Numbered from the stretch's first letter, positions 51,512-61,942 are shown. The stretch: 64,000 nt of DNA from a virus (IMGVR_UViG_3300005434_000009:1-64000), one strand, 5' to 3'. Made by a program: numbers and translations. Notes: generated from the sequence alone by a model not told the origin.

Positions 51512-53584
51512 TCACGGGTTGTCGGTCTGGCGGAAACAGGTGAGTTGCATCTGGTCCGCCACCGAATCCATCAGCTGGTAGCCCTGGATGAGGAACCGGC
51601 CCACCACCCCGGTCTCCGGGGAGTTGATACGGGCGATGTCACCCAAGGCCACCCCGGGGTGGGCGACGATGCCGATGGTGACGGTGTTCGCCAGACCGAG
51701 GCTGTTGTTCAGTGACCCGTCGGCGATGTCCTGGCACTGCTGCACCGTTTTCGCCAGCGAGAACGTCTTGCGTTTGATCCGTTTCCCGATACCGACCGGC
51801 GGCGGGTAGATGTTGTACTTGCTGGCCGGGTCGGTGTTGAACGCGTACGCATTCACCGGGTTCTTACTGGTCGTGGACTCGCCCTTGATGACCCAGCCGT
51901 TGACGATCTGGGAAGTGTCGAGTTCCGACTCCAACCCGATGATGACCGGCCGGATCGTGTGGTCCCAGTTCCAGGAGATCGCGCCACGGCGCGGGTCAGG
52001 GACAGGCCGGGAGGTGAACGCCCCGATGACGTCGTAGAAGCATTCCGAGCCGATGGAGGTGTAGACACCGCGGATGTTCTGCCACGGGTTCGCCCCCTCC
52101 CCCAACCCCCACACCAGCAGGGAGTCATCCACGGTATGGTCGGAGGAGAACTGGTTGAACAACGTCTGGTTGGGCCGGCGGTCCAACACCATGGCTTTGC
52201 CGAGCTGGTCGTAGGTGACGCCGGTGGGCCCGGTGTACACCTGCTCCCATTCGGCCAACTGGATGAGTCGTGACGGGTCGGTGGCGTGGACTTTCACCAC
52301 AGCCCCACCGCCGACTAGGCCTCCACCGCGCCCGATGGAGCCGGCACCGCTGGATGCGCCACCGGTGCCGCCGGACGAACCGGGGGTGATCTTCGTTTTG
52401 GCTTTGTCGACCGGTCCGTAGAAGGTGGGGATCAGTTCGTCGGAGGAGATGACGCAGCCGATTCGGACCTTCAGCGACTTCACCTTCGGGATGCCCCCGA
52501 GGGCGCTTTGGCGGGTGAACGTCACCCGCGACAGCACCGTGCGGGTGGTGGTGTCACCCTCGCGGAGGCGTGGGACCGGGCCGTAGTTGGTGGCGACATC
52601 CCAGCTGAGCCCGTTGTTGATCGACGTCTCCACCACAGCCGTGGCACCGTCGGGGACCACCAAGTCGAACGTCACCCGCGACGCCGCGACAGGTGCACCG
52701 TTCAACGGGTAGGGGTCGGAGATCCAGTAGCCGGCCAGCGGGTTGAACCCGGTGGACATGCTGGCTGTGGACACCATCGGGGAGCCCTGGGACACCGGGT
52801 TCGTCGTCGACGACGAGGTGCCGGTGGTCATCGACGCGGTGGCGGTCATCGCGCTACCGGTGGAGGAGCTGTCCGGGGCCTTGCGGAGGAAGAACCACAT
52901 CCCGGCGGTCGCCGGAGCCCCATCCCCCACCGGAATGGAGACGGTGCCGGTGGTGCCCGAGCTCAGGTATTCCTTGCCGATCACGATGACGGCCGGGTTG
53001 GTGTCGTACTGGTAGTAGGTCTCCCCGGACTTGTCGGTCGACATGACCGGCTTCCACCCGGTCGGGGTCCCCATCGACGTCGGCCACGACGGCCAACCAC
53101 CCTCAGGGTCGGCGGTGTTCCAGACGACGAACACCATCACCCCGGCCGTCGGGACTGACACCGACGACACGTCCACTGTTGTGGCGCCCACCGTGTGGGT
53201 GGTGGTCAGCGCGCCAGCGGTGGGCGCTACCGAAGGGTCCACGCCACGGGCGGTGAGCAGCCCGTACATGAAGTCCCGCCACCCGGGCGGTTTCGGGAAC
53301 GCGACGCTGGTGTCGGTGTCGCCGTTGACGATGGTCCGGTAGTAGATCCCCCGGGTCTCGTTGTCTGAGTCCAGGACGTACGCGGCTGTGAACCCGGTGG
53401 GTGGGTCCGGGGACATCGGGACCATCAGGGTGGTGTCACTCGAGGTGCCCGACCCGGACACCATTACCAGGCGTACGTCGTTCTGCTGCTTGTTCGGGCC
53501 CAGGGTCAGCGTCAGCGGTTCGAAATGGCCACCGGGTGGGGTGATGACGACCGAGGGGTCATCGAAGTAGATGGTCGCCGGCAT
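51512..53584 (-). CDS. Minor tail protein with baseplate-hub (DUF5047-like) C-terminal half
   Basis: ELIP..KVHATDPSR..ECFYDVIGAF..IVNGWVIKGE..GD.ARI; N-terminal extra beta domains. Confidence 0.65.
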   Translation of the reverse strand: MPATIYFDDPSVVITPPGGHFEPLTLTLGPNKQQNDVRLVMVSGSGTSSDTTLMVPMSPDPPTGFTAAYVLDSDNETRGIYYRTIVNGDTDTSVAFPKPPGWRDFMYGLLTARGVDPSVAPTAGALTTTHTVGATTVDVSSVSVPTAGVMVFVVWNTADPEGGWPSWPTSMGTPTGWKPVMSTDKSGETYYQYDTNPAVIVIGKEYLSSGTTGTVSIPVGDGAPATAGMWFFLRKAPDSSSTGSAMTATASMTTGTSSSTTNPVSQGSPMVSTASMSTGFNPLAGYWISDPYPLNGAPVAASRVTFDLVVPDGATAVVETSINNGLSWDVATNYGPVPRLREGDTTTRTVLSRVTFTRQSALGGIPKVKSLKVRIGCVISSDELIPTFYGPVDKAKTKITPGSSGGTGGASSGAGSIGRGGGLVGGGAVVKVHATDPSRLIQLAEWEQVYTGPTGVTYDQLGKAMVLDRRPNQTLFNQFSSDHTVDDSLLVWGLGEGANPWQNIRGVYTSIGSECFYDVIGAFTSRPVPDPRRGAISWNWDHTIRPVIIGLESELDTSQIVNGWVIKGESTTSKNPVNAYAFNTDPASKYNIYPPPVGIGKRIKRKTFSLAKTVQQCQDIADGSLNNSLGLANTVTIGIVAHPGVALGDIARINSPETGVVGRFLIQGYQLMDSVADQMQLTCFRQTDNP

Positions 53585-53593
53585 CCCGGGCGC

Positions 53594-54076
53594 CTATGTG
53601 GCTTGGTCGGTCAGGACACCGAACACGTGCGAGTACGTTCCGCCGGTCGCGCCACCGGTGGTGGTGTCCAGTCCGAGCGGTTTGCACAGCGACAACGCGG
53701 TGCCGGTGGTGGGCCGGTAGAGCAACACCGCCCGCACGATGGAGGGGTTGTTCACCGCACCGCCCGCGGGGTTCCATACCTGGGTCGCGTTGAGTGACAG
53801 TGCGTTCTTGTAGGGCGATGAGCCGGTGGTGATGGTGATGGTTCGGTCGGCGGTTCCGAGGATCTTGGGGGCGTAGTTTGTGAAGTCGCATTCAACCCAG
53901 CCTGCGGTGAGCATCGCCCCGTAGGTGGTGCAGTTCCGGAGAATGGTGTCGGTGGCGGCACCGATGCTCTTGGCCAGGCAGAGGACGAGGTTGTCAGTCC
54001 CCAGCCCGTCCCGCTGCCTGGGGAGCTCGCCGAGCTCGATGAACCGGCCGAGCGCGACTGTGCAGGGAACCGACAC
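53594..54076 (-). CDS. Putative minor tail protein
   Basis: 160 aa; LCL..EC.FTNY motif. Confidence 0.55.
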   Translation of the reverse strand: MSVPCTVALGRFIELGELPRQRDGLGTDNLVLCLAKSIGAATDTILRNCTTYGAMLTAGWVECDFTNYAPKILGTADRTITITTGSSPYKNALSLNATQVWNPAGGAVNNPSIVRAVLLYRPTTGTALSLCKPLGLDTTTGGATGGTYSHVFGVLTDQAT

Positions 54077-54114
54077 GGGCGCTCCTCAGGGCATGCGTGA
54101 GAGCCCCGAACCAC

Positions 54115-54143
54115 AAGGTGGGGGCGAAGAAGGTGGGGGCGAA
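54115..54143. repeat. 14-bp tandem duplication
   Basis: AAGGTGGGGGCGAA at 54115 and 54130. Confidence 0.85.
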
Positions 54144-54154
54144 CTGTTGGGCCG

Positions 54155-54547
54155 TCAGGGGCCCAGCTGGAGTTCCCCTGAGCCGTTGACGGTCACCCCG
54201 ACCATCTGGCCGGTGGACGTGGGCGTCCAGGACGCCACTGAGTTGTGAACACCGCCGAGCATCTCGGTGTCGGTGTAGCGGATGCCGGCCCAGGACCGGA
54301 TGTAGGTGTCCGCCACACCCGTGGTCAACGCGGCCTTCGCCGCGTCGGTGAGCACCCCCAGAGGGATGTCGACTTCGCGGACCAACTGCTGGGCGGCGTT
54401 CCGGTCGGCGGTCACCATGCCTGAGGGGAGGATCGGCACATCCCGCTGGATGGTCGTGCCGCTACCGTTCTCGATGTCGACTCGGCGGATCGGGTTGTGC
54501 GGAACCCGCTGTTCAGCATCGAAGCGGCTGGTCCGTGGCTGCGGCAC
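54155..54547 (-). CDS. DUF5047-like hub N-terminal fragment
   Basis: SRF....H..RVDI..VPI..G.VTADR..IRSWAGIRY.D.E. Confidence 0.55.
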   Translation of the reverse strand: MPQPRTSRFDAEQRVPHNPIRRVDIENGSGTTIQRDVPILPSGMVTADRNAAQQLVREVDIPLGVLTDAAKAALTTGVADTYIRSWAGIRYTDTEMLGGVHNSVASWTPTSTGQMVGVTVNGSGELQLGP

Positions 54548-54559
54548 GACACCCCCTGG

Positions 54560-56251
54560 CTAGTAGGTGACCGGTGGGCCTGTCTGGGTGAACAGCGTCT
54601 TCCGCTTGATCATTTGAATCTTGGTCTGGTTACCGGGCACCGTCCGAACCGTCTCCTCGGTGTCCCTACCTGAAGCCCCCGGGCCCAGAGCGCCCCACAA
54701 CTGGTCACTCCACGGGAACTGAAGGAACAGCGGACAACGGGCCTCATCGAGCTGGTCCAGAGCCGCCCACAAGGTGGGGTCCTCGATCATCTTGAACACC
54801 ATCGACAGGTCGTACTCGAACCCGTACGTGGGCCCCCAGGTAACCATCGGCAACACCTGCGTGGTGGGCCCACCGGAGAAGAAGAACGTCCCCTGCATCT
54901 GCCGCTTGGTTCGTTTGACCGTGGGGTCGCCCTTCGCCGCCTCCAACTCGATGGCGGTATCCAGCAGCTCATCCGTGGGGTGCTTCAGCAGGATCCGGTC
55001 ATCGGCCGGGGTGACTGTCAAAGTCGACGAGGGGGACGCGGCCGCAACCAGCGGGCTGCCGGCGTAAGCGACGATCCGGTATTGGGTGGGGGCGTTCAAC
55101 AACGGGAACCGGTCACCCACCGTCACCGGGCTCATTCCGCTCGCCTGGACATAGGTCAAGGACGGGGACGCCGCCGCCCACCCATCAGCCGTCCCAGTTG
55201 TGTTCTTCTCCACGGTGAACGCCACCGTCGCCGGGCTGGAGCCGCCCGGGTGGAACGTCAGGTAGGTCTGCATGTCGGTGTAGGAGTACGCCGCCGAATC
55301 CAGCATCGCCGTCGCCGGCGGCGATGCGGGGGCCGCCGCGCGGGTCCACGTCCGGGAGGCGATCGCCGTCCGAAAGTCCCCGCCGGCCCCGGCCCACTGG
55401 GCGGTGGCCTGGATGTACACCACGTAGGTGTCGTCCACCAGGTCCCCGGGTAGGACCCACTGCTGGTCCTCCCCCAGCTGCCAGTAACTGGTGTCCGCGC
55501 TCGCCCCGACCTGACCGGAGGTGAACTTCGCCGGGGTGACGAACGGGGCGAACCCGCCAGCCAGCGTCGTCGCCTGGGTGTACACCGCACCCCGCCAAGA
55601 CTGCTGCGGGGCCTGGTTCGTGCTGGCGTAAGTCCATTTCACCGTCGGTTGGGTCTCGGACCCGTTCGACGGTGCGGTGATCGTGACCGTGGACACCTGC
55701 TGGTAGTAGTAGTCGACGTACAGGGCCGCCAGGTCAAGGTTCTGGGAGAAGTCGTCATCCCCACCACCACGGCCGAGCTCCACGGACAGGGCGGTGAGGT
55801 TGCCGTTCTGGTCCCACGCCCCGTCGTCAGGGGCGATGGTGAACTGGCCCAGGTCCAAGTCCTGCCACGACGCGGTCACCGGGTCCGTGGGGGCTTTTCG
55901 GTCGAACGCCGTCTTGGCCACCGGCGCGGTCTGGCCGGCGACCACAACAGGCCCGTACTGGGTACGCAACCAGCCAAGCAGCAGCGGCCGGTTCGTGCCC
56001 TCCACAACGGACTTCATCCGCAGTCGGATCCCGACGGAGAACACCCGGTCGGTGGACGACAGCACCGGGGCAGGGATAGTCACCCGGGCCACTTCGGCGT
56101 CGTTGCGGGCTGGTCCGGTGAACCGGGCAAAGCTCGAGTCGGATGCGTCAGCCAGGGCGGCGTCGATGCTCGCCGCACCGCTGACCGTGTTCGTGACGAC
56201 CCCGACCTGGGTGGTCGCACTGGGGCGCAGGGTGCCGGTCAGGAACGTCAC
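54560..56251 (-). CDS. Minor tail (distal tail-like) protein
   Basis: 563 aa directly after tape measure; Ig/FN3-like beta segments. Confidence 0.65.
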   Translation of the reverse strand: MTFLTGTLRPSATTQVGVVTNTVSGAASIDAALADASDSSFARFTGPARNDAEVARVTIPAPVLSSTDRVFSVGIRLRMKSVVEGTNRPLLLGWLRTQYGPVVVAGQTAPVAKTAFDRKAPTDPVTASWQDLDLGQFTIAPDDGAWDQNGNLTALSVELGRGGGDDDFSQNLDLAALYVDYYYQQVSTVTITAPSNGSETQPTVKWTYASTNQAPQQSWRGAVYTQATTLAGGFAPFVTPAKFTSGQVGASADTSYWQLGEDQQWVLPGDLVDDTYVVYIQATAQWAGAGGDFRTAIASRTWTRAAAPASPPATAMLDSAAYSYTDMQTYLTFHPGGSSPATVAFTVEKNTTGTADGWAAASPSLTYVQASGMSPVTVGDRFPLLNAPTQYRIVAYAGSPLVAAASPSSTLTVTPADDRILLKHPTDELLDTAIELEAAKGDPTVKRTKRQMQGTFFFSGGPTTQVLPMVTWGPTYGFEYDLSMVFKMIEDPTLWAALDQLDEARCPLFLQFPWSDQLWGALGPGASGRDTEETVRTVPGNQTKIQMIKRKTLFTQTGPPVTY

Positions 56252-59200
56252 CCGTTGGCCCCCGTCAGCGCGTTCAACAGCAGCTCAAAGAGCTGATTGC
56301 CACCCTCTGTGACCAGGTCCCGGAACGGCTGGCTGTCGAGGCTGATCTGGATCACCTGGGGTTGAGTGGTGACCCCCTGAAGCGCCGCCGTCAGCGCGGC
56401 CACAGCCCCGCTGCCGTCGAAGTTGAGTGACTTGTTCTTGTAGACCGACGCCCCGCCGTACCCGCCCAACGAGTTGGTGCCGGCGAGTGCGGTGGCGATC
56501 TGCTCGTTGTCGACGTTCGGGGTGCCCGCTTGGAAGTCAGCGGTCTTCAGCTGCGACTGAGCACCGGTGAGGACGCTTCGGCTCCAGGTGTAGCCGATCT
56601 GCAGTCCGGAGTCCGACATCGGCCCAACGGCGGCGTTCTGCATCGCCCCCGCCATGCCGGACCCGGCGGCGGCGAGGGAAGGGATGCCCGCGTTGACTCC
56701 CCCGACAGCACCGGCGACGGAGTTTCCACCTATGGCGGCCCACTCCGCTGAGGGGGACGACTGCTTGTCCTTCTTCTTGTAACCGGCGTGCCCTGCACCG
56801 GCCAACGCGGCACCGGAGGCTTGGATCTTCCCGACGTGAGCGGACAGCCCCTGGGACAAACCCTGGGCGGAGTTCTGACCGGCCTTGTTGAACATGCCCG
56901 GTAGCTGGGAGAACGGGTTGATGACCGCGTTCAACCCCCGGGAACGGGCCTGGTCGGCGGCGAACGGGTTCACATCACCAGACGGCTTCGCGTGACCTGA
57001 GATGTGCAGGTTCGCCAGAGCCCGCTCATGCAAGCCGGCCCGGTTCTGTAGGAGCTGGTCGCGGCGCTCGTCGTGAGTCATCCCACCGATCGCCTGCCGC
57101 TGACGGCCCTCCCGGGCAGCAGCCAACGCGGCGGCGCGGTCGTTGTGAGCCTGGAACCGGGCCATCGCGTCGGGGCTGTACTCCCGGGCGGTGTTCGGGT
57201 CCTGCTTGCGTACCGACACCACGGGGGCGGACCCGTCCTGGTAGTCGTACCCGAACTTCTGCACACCATCCTGAGCGGCGGACAGCACCCCACCCATGTG
57301 GTTGGACATGGCCCCGAACGTGCCCGCGGAGGCCCGCTGAGCACCCTGCCCGAAGCCGGCCATCGTCATCCGGCCCAGGTAGTCGAACTCCTTGGACGGG
57401 GAGTGAATACCGAGAGCACCGGCAGCGATCTCAATGAGATGCTTGACGTGCTTGACCATGACCGTGTCCGTAACGGTCATGGTCGAGGTCGTGCCCGCCG
57501 CTATGCCGCCACTGACCCCACCGCCGATAGCCGCACCGCCGGCCACCGCCGCTGGCGCGGCCACAGACACGGCCTTCTGGATGTGCTGCACCATCGCCGC
57601 ACCCGTCGAAGCCCCACCACCGGCGATCTGAGGGGCGGCGGCTCGCATCATGTCGTTCAAGGGTGCGACACCGCCACCACCGAGGCCCACAGCGGCGCTT
57701 ACGGGCATCGGCCCCACCGACTGACCGGGACCTCGGGGACCAACACCGGAGTACATCGGATGACCCACCGGCGGCAGACCAGCGTCAGCGCGGGCAGAGG
57801 TCAAGGCATCCGCGGCCGACTGGCCCGGGGGGACCATCGGCCCGCCCGAACCTGGCCCGAAGTTGCCAGCTCCGGCGCGTGATCCGATGCCCATGCTCTT
57901 CTGCGACTGAGGCGGGCCCAGGTTCATGGGACCGGTGCTGGCATTCGGGTCGGCCGGAGTGAAGCCGGGGACCCCGAACAGGCCCGCGAGGCCACCACCG
58001 ATACCACCGATGAGGCCACCGATCGGGGCGGTGATCTCAGCCGCTGGCCCGCCGAACAGGCCAACCGCCGCGCCGATCGGAGCACCCTTGGCGGCCCCGG
58101 AGAAGAACTTGGACAGGGGCGAGGCCCCCGGCGTCTTCACCGTGCCGCCCATGCCATCAGGGACCCCGGTGTCCACAGATCCAGGCAACGAACCGTCCGG
58201 GCCGGGGGTGCTGGAGAAGTTGGAGGGAATGCCGAACGCCCCGGACACCGCATCGGTACCCCACGCCGCCGCGTTGGCGGCGCCGTGCAGGAACGGAGCC
58301 GCCGCCGAGACACCCTGGACGAGCCCGCCACCGAGCGCGGAGGCGCCGCGGACAATGCTCTCGGTCGCGGACTGCAAACCACCCGCGTTCTGGGTGACGA
58401 TGTTCGCGAACCGGGCGATCTCGGGGGCAGAATTCCCGAACGCCCCCAACGCGGCACCGGCCAAAGAGGTGAGAGCCTGCTCTGACGGCCCGATCGCCGG
58501 GGCCAGCTGCTTCATCGTCTGAGTGAGGGTGCCGGCGAGGTCGTTCGCGTGCTTCAGAGTGGGTGCCATGTTGTCGGCGCCGATCCGGGCCAACTCGTGA
58601 CCAACACCCTTGATCGACGTGCCGAGGGCGTCCATGCCTGGCAGGCCCGCCGCGGAGGTTTCCGACCGCATCTGCCGGAATTCCTTGTTGAAGCCGCGTA
58701 TGGCCTCTTGACCCTTGTTCATCAGCTGGCTGTTGTGCGCGAAGTCCTCAGCGACACCGGCCAGCCCTACACCGGCCACGGCCGCCCCGAGAGCGCCCAT
58801 GCCGATCGCGGAAACACCAGCGACCAGGCCGACCATCATCAGCGGACGGGCGGCCGATCCAGCCATGCCAGCAACGCCGCCCAGAGTGGAGCCGACACCC
58901 TCGAACCCGCTCGTGGCGGATCCCAGGGTGTCGCGGAGACCCTTGGCTGCGAGGTCTATCCCGGACAGACCGTTACCTGATCTGCCAATGTTGTTGACGG
59001 CGTCGCCGACCTTTGCGAGTTCCTTGCCCGCTTGGCCAGCACTCGCTCCGGTACGGGCGAGATCGGTACCCATCTGGCTGGTATGTCCGGATGCGGTGGA
59101 GAATGCCGAACCCATCTCGCCGGCGGAGGTGATGGCCTGCCGGGCGTTCCGGTAGATCCCCATCACCTCAACGGTGGTGGCGTGCGCATCAGCCGCCATC

Positions 59201-59694
59201 CCACGGAACCCGCGCCCCGCGCTGGCGGCGCCGGATTCGATGGCCCGCATACCGACCGAGCCGGAACCGATCTCGCCGATCGATCCCCGGGCCCGGTCGG
59301 CTTCGTTGGCCAGCTGCCGCATTCCAGAGGCCGACCGGGAGATGCTGGACGGTGCCCCGCCGCCCATGATCCGGTTGACGGCGTCCAGGTGGTCGTTCAG
59401 CCGCCCAGCGTGATCGGCGGCGCGACCAACATGGTCGCCCATGCCATGGGCCGAACGACCCGCCCGGTCGAAGCTGTCGCCCATCCCCCGGCCGGCGCGG
59501 CTGGCACGGTCAGCGGCGTCCCTAACCCGACCCAGGTCACCAGCCAGGCCGCCAACCCCAGACCCATTCTGGCGGACGTTTATGTCAACGTTGACCGTCT
59601 TACCGTGCAAAGCATCAATGGCACCCTGGGCGGCCGCGACGGCGGCGAGCGCACCGGAGGCGTCACCGCCGATGTTCACAGTTGCGTCAGGCAT
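56248..59694 (-). CDS. Tape measure protein
   Basis: 1148 aa, A/G-rich helical, LGIHSPSKEF and QSSPSAEW motifs, downstream of tail chaperone. Confidence 0.9.
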   Translation of the reverse strand: MPDATVNIGGDASGALAAVAAAQGAIDALHGKTVNVDINVRQNGSGVGGLAGDLGRVRDAADRASRAGRGMGDSFDRAGRSAHGMGDHVGRAADHAGRLNDHLDAVNRIMGGGAPSSISRSASGMRQLANEADRARGSIGEIGSGSVGMRAIESGAASAGRGFRGMAADAHATTVEVMGIYRNARQAITSAGEMGSAFSTASGHTSQMGTDLARTGASAGQAGKELAKVGDAVNNIGRSGNGLSGIDLAAKGLRDTLGSATSGFEGVGSTLGGVAGMAGSAARPLMMVGLVAGVSAIGMGALGAAVAGVGLAGVAEDFAHNSQLMNKGQEAIRGFNKEFRQMRSETSAAGLPGMDALGTSIKGVGHELARIGADNMAPTLKHANDLAGTLTQTMKQLAPAIGPSEQALTSLAGAALGAFGNSAPEIARFANIVTQNAGGLQSATESIVRGASALGGGLVQGVSAAAPFLHGAANAAAWGTDAVSGAFGIPSNFSSTPGPDGSLPGSVDTGVPDGMGGTVKTPGASPLSKFFSGAAKGAPIGAAVGLFGGPAAEITAPIGGLIGGIGGGLAGLFGVPGFTPADPNASTGPMNLGPPQSQKSMGIGSRAGAGNFGPGSGGPMVPPGQSAADALTSARADAGLPPVGHPMYSGVGPRGPGQSVGPMPVSAAVGLGGGGVAPLNDMMRAAAPQIAGGGASTGAAMVQHIQKAVSVAAPAAVAGGAAIGGGVSGGIAAGTTSTMTVTDTVMVKHVKHLIEIAAGALGIHSPSKEFDYLGRMTMAGFGQGAQRASAGTFGAMSNHMGGVLSAAQDGVQKFGYDYQDGSAPVVSVRKQDPNTAREYSPDAMARFQAHNDRAAALAAAREGRQRQAIGGMTHDERRDQLLQNRAGLHERALANLHISGHAKPSGDVNPFAADQARSRGLNAVINPFSQLPGMFNKAGQNSAQGLSQGLSAHVGKIQASGAALAGAGHAGYKKKDKQSSPSAEWAAIGGNSVAGAVGGVNAGIPSLAAAGSGMAGAMQNAAVGPMSDSGLQIGYTWSRSVLTGAQSQLKTADFQAGTPNVDNEQIATALAGTNSLGGYGGASVYKNKSLNFDGSGAVAALTAALQGVTTQPQVIQISLDSQPFRDLVTEGGNQLFELLLNALTGANG

Positions 59695-59756
59695 GACGAC
59701 CCCACCTCCGATCGAGGGCTAGCAACACAGGTGGAAACGTGGTCAACTAGTGAGTT

Positions 59757-60038
59757 ATGCGGATCTACCAGCGTGTAGGCGCCAACACTGCTATCAGCTA
59801 CGGGGTGGGCGGGCTCCTACTCGTGGCGTTGCTGTTCGTCGGCATGCTCGTGGCGATGGGGCAAATGTTCTTGCAGACCCCGGCGGTTCTAGCGTTGTTC
59901 GCCGGAGGGTTCGCCGTGATGTTCGCGTCCTACGCCGTGTTCACCCACCGTCGGCACGGCGTGTGGCCGTGGCAGCCGCTACCCCTCGGATCTGACGACA
60001 CCGAAGATGAGCTGGAGCGCGATCCCGTCGAGAACTAG
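59757..60038 (+). CDS. Two-TM membrane protein, antisense to the tail operon
   Basis: Hydrophobic LLLVALLFVGMLVAMG and VLALFAGGFAVMFASYAVF, acidic tail. Confidence 0.6.
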   Translation: MRIYQRVGANTAISYGVGGLLLVALLFVGMLVAMGQMFLQTPAVLALFAGGFAVMFASYAVFTHRRHGVWPWQPLPLGSDDTEDELERDPVEN

Positions 60039-60052
60039 CCAGCTCAACGAGC

Positions 60053-60379
60053 TCAGTCGAAGGTCCGGTCGCCCTTTCTGCGCACCCCGACCCGGCACTG
60101 GCACATGTTCCCCCCGCCCGAGAGCCCAGCCTCGGCCAAGTCCTCTGCCGGGTCCTCATCGTTGGACTCCGTGAGCAGGCGAAGAATGTTGCCGTTGCAC
60201 TGCTCGCAGGGGACGTTGCGTGGGTCCTGATTCGCCCTACACGGCCCGCACGCGCCCGGTCCGTGGATGACATACAGCTCGAACCCGGAATCCGACAGAG
60301 AGTCTTCCAGAATGTCGTCCGAGGACGGACCGCCACGACTGATGGTGACGTTGATGACCACACCAGCCATCGGCGGCAC
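60053..60379 (-). CDS. Cys-rich hypothetical protein
   Basis: CGPC, CEQC, CQC. Confidence 0.5.
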   Translation of the reverse strand: MPPMAGVVINVTISRGGPSSDDILEDSLSDSGFELYVIHGPGACGPCRANQDPRNVPCEQCNGNILRLLTESNDEDPAEDLAEAGLSGGGNMCQCRVGVRRKGDRTFD

Positions 60380-60382
60380 CCC

Positions 60383-61134
60383 CTAGTCGTCGCCTGTGAA
60401 CTCTTCCGGTGCGGGGTCCGGGCCGAGATCGAGTCCCCAGGCCAGGTAGTCCGACGGTTTGCGCCCGAACGGCAGGAAATCGGCGATCCTCCGCTCTTCT
60501 CCCGCCTTGCCGAGAATTGAGGTCCGCATCGCCAGTTCGGCGTGCCGGAGATCATCCCCCAAAGCTCCGAGCGGGCCCTGCAGGCGAGCCCAGGCGAGCC
60601 ACTCCAGCCACACGGACAGACGCATCTCCCGGCGCATCCGCTTCGGGTCCGGATGCCCGCACTGGGCGGCCAGGTAGTGGGCCAGCTGCAGCTCTAGGCT
60701 TCCTCGGAGTTTCCCTCTGCGTCCGCGACAGCCTCGTCAGGGGTGGTGTTGTCGTCCCCGTAGTTGGCCTTGTTCGCCGCCGTGACCATCTTGTTCGTGA
60801 TGGACTTCCCCAGCGGCTTGAGGCGTTTCTCGCAGGCCTCAGCGTTCTGCCACACCCGCTGGCCGTCCCCGTCACGGGTGCAGCGGGCCAGGAACTCGTA
60901 CTGCTTCGACCCGACCTTGAGCCGGACGACCTGACCGAACTTGTCGTACACCTTGTCCGACCGGTCGAAGTCGTCGTGCTCCCCGGTGGACAGCTCGTGC
61001 ATCACGTAGGCGACACACGAACCGTCTTCGAGGAGCCAGTCCTCCAGGATCACCAGTTCCTTGTTCAGATCCGGTGGGGGCGCGTTGTCCAGTTCGGCAT
61101 CGGTGGAGATGATCCGGTACTTCACCTCGGACAT
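60383..61134 (-). CDS. Tail assembly chaperone G-T (-1 frameshift product)
   Basis: After GGGAAAC the -1 frame reads KLRGSLELQLAHYLA..MRREMRLSVWLEW to stop at 60383. Confidence 0.85.
60694..61134 (-). CDS. Tail assembly chaperone G
   Basis: MSEVKYRII...EGNSEEA*; TGATG overlap with major tail. Confidence 0.85.
   Translation of the reverse strand: MSEVKYRIISTDAELDNAPPPDLNKELVILEDWLLEDGSCVAYVMHELSTGEHDDFDRSDKVYDKFGQVVRLKVGSKQYEFLARCTRDGDGQRVWQNAEACEKRLKPLGKSITNKMVTAANKANYGDDNTTPDEAVADAEGNSEEA
60709..60715 (-). other. -1 ribosomal slippery site GGGAAAC
   Basis: X XXY YYZ heptamer in frame (GAG GGA AAC) four codons before the G stop. Confidence 0.88.
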
Positions 61135-61937
61135 CAGAGGGACCGGTCGAAGCTGCGGGCGAACCCGATCAGCGCCTGGACACCAGTGACGGTCCCAGTG
61201 GTGGACCAGGACACCTGGATGAACTCGTTGATCGTCTGCGAGGACTGGACGTAGGCCTGCTGCGCCCAGTTGACCGGGGCCGCCAGAGTTCCGGATGCGG
61301 TGGAGAACGTCGCTCCGGGGATGTCGGTGTAGGTGCCGCCAGAGGTGGTGCAGTGCTGAACCTTCGCGGTGAACGTGGGGTTGCTGGAACCCTGGATGTC
61401 CCACACGTACAGGTAGGCGGCACCGCCGAACGTGGTGGCCCCACCGTAGGCGGTGTTCGCGTCGACCGGGCCCAGGCCGGACGCACCGGACAGCAGGGTC
61501 CCCTTCGGAGACAGCACGATGCGGCCCATGTGGAAGGCGCCGCGGGTGCCGAACTCGGTGTTCTCGGTGGCGACGGACTTCTCGTCGAACTTGCTTCCGT
61601 CCTTGCCGAAGGACCCAGGGAACATTTCGATGTGAGAGCCGGCGGACAGGCCGCGCTTGGCGATCCACCCGTACACCGGAGACTGGCGCCTCTTGAGCGG
61701 CTGCAGCTGGTAGTCGAGGGCGGGGCTGTGAACCAGCTCCATCTTGATCATGCCCTTGGGGATGCCGGGCAGGTTGTTCTGCGCCTCGTTCCCCAGCGTG
61801 GTCGCATCCGCCATGTCCACGTCGAAGTCGGAGTCCACCGACTTGATCTGGCTGGTCAGCAGGTAGCGGTCGATACCGGCGTGGCCGTACTGGCCGTGGG
61901 AGGCGTCCGCCCCGAGCCTGTTGAGGTCGTAAGCCAT
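61134..61937 (-). CDS. Major tail protein
   Basis: D.ADATTLG.EA...PG motif; precedes G/G-T and tape measure. Confidence 0.75.
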   Translation of the reverse strand: MAYDLNRLGADASHGQYGHAGIDRYLLTSQIKSVDSDFDVDMADATTLGNEAQNNLPGIPKGMIKMELVHSPALDYQLQPLKRRQSPVYGWIAKRGLSAGSHIEMFPGSFGKDGSKFDEKSVATENTEFGTRGAFHMGRIVLSPKGTLLSGASGLGPVDANTAYGGATTFGGAAYLYVWDIQGSSNPTFTAKVQHCTTSGGTYTDIPGATFSTASGTLAAPVNWAQQAYVQSSQTINEFIQVSWSTTGTVTGVQALIGFARSFDRSL

Positions 61938-61942
61938 GGTGG

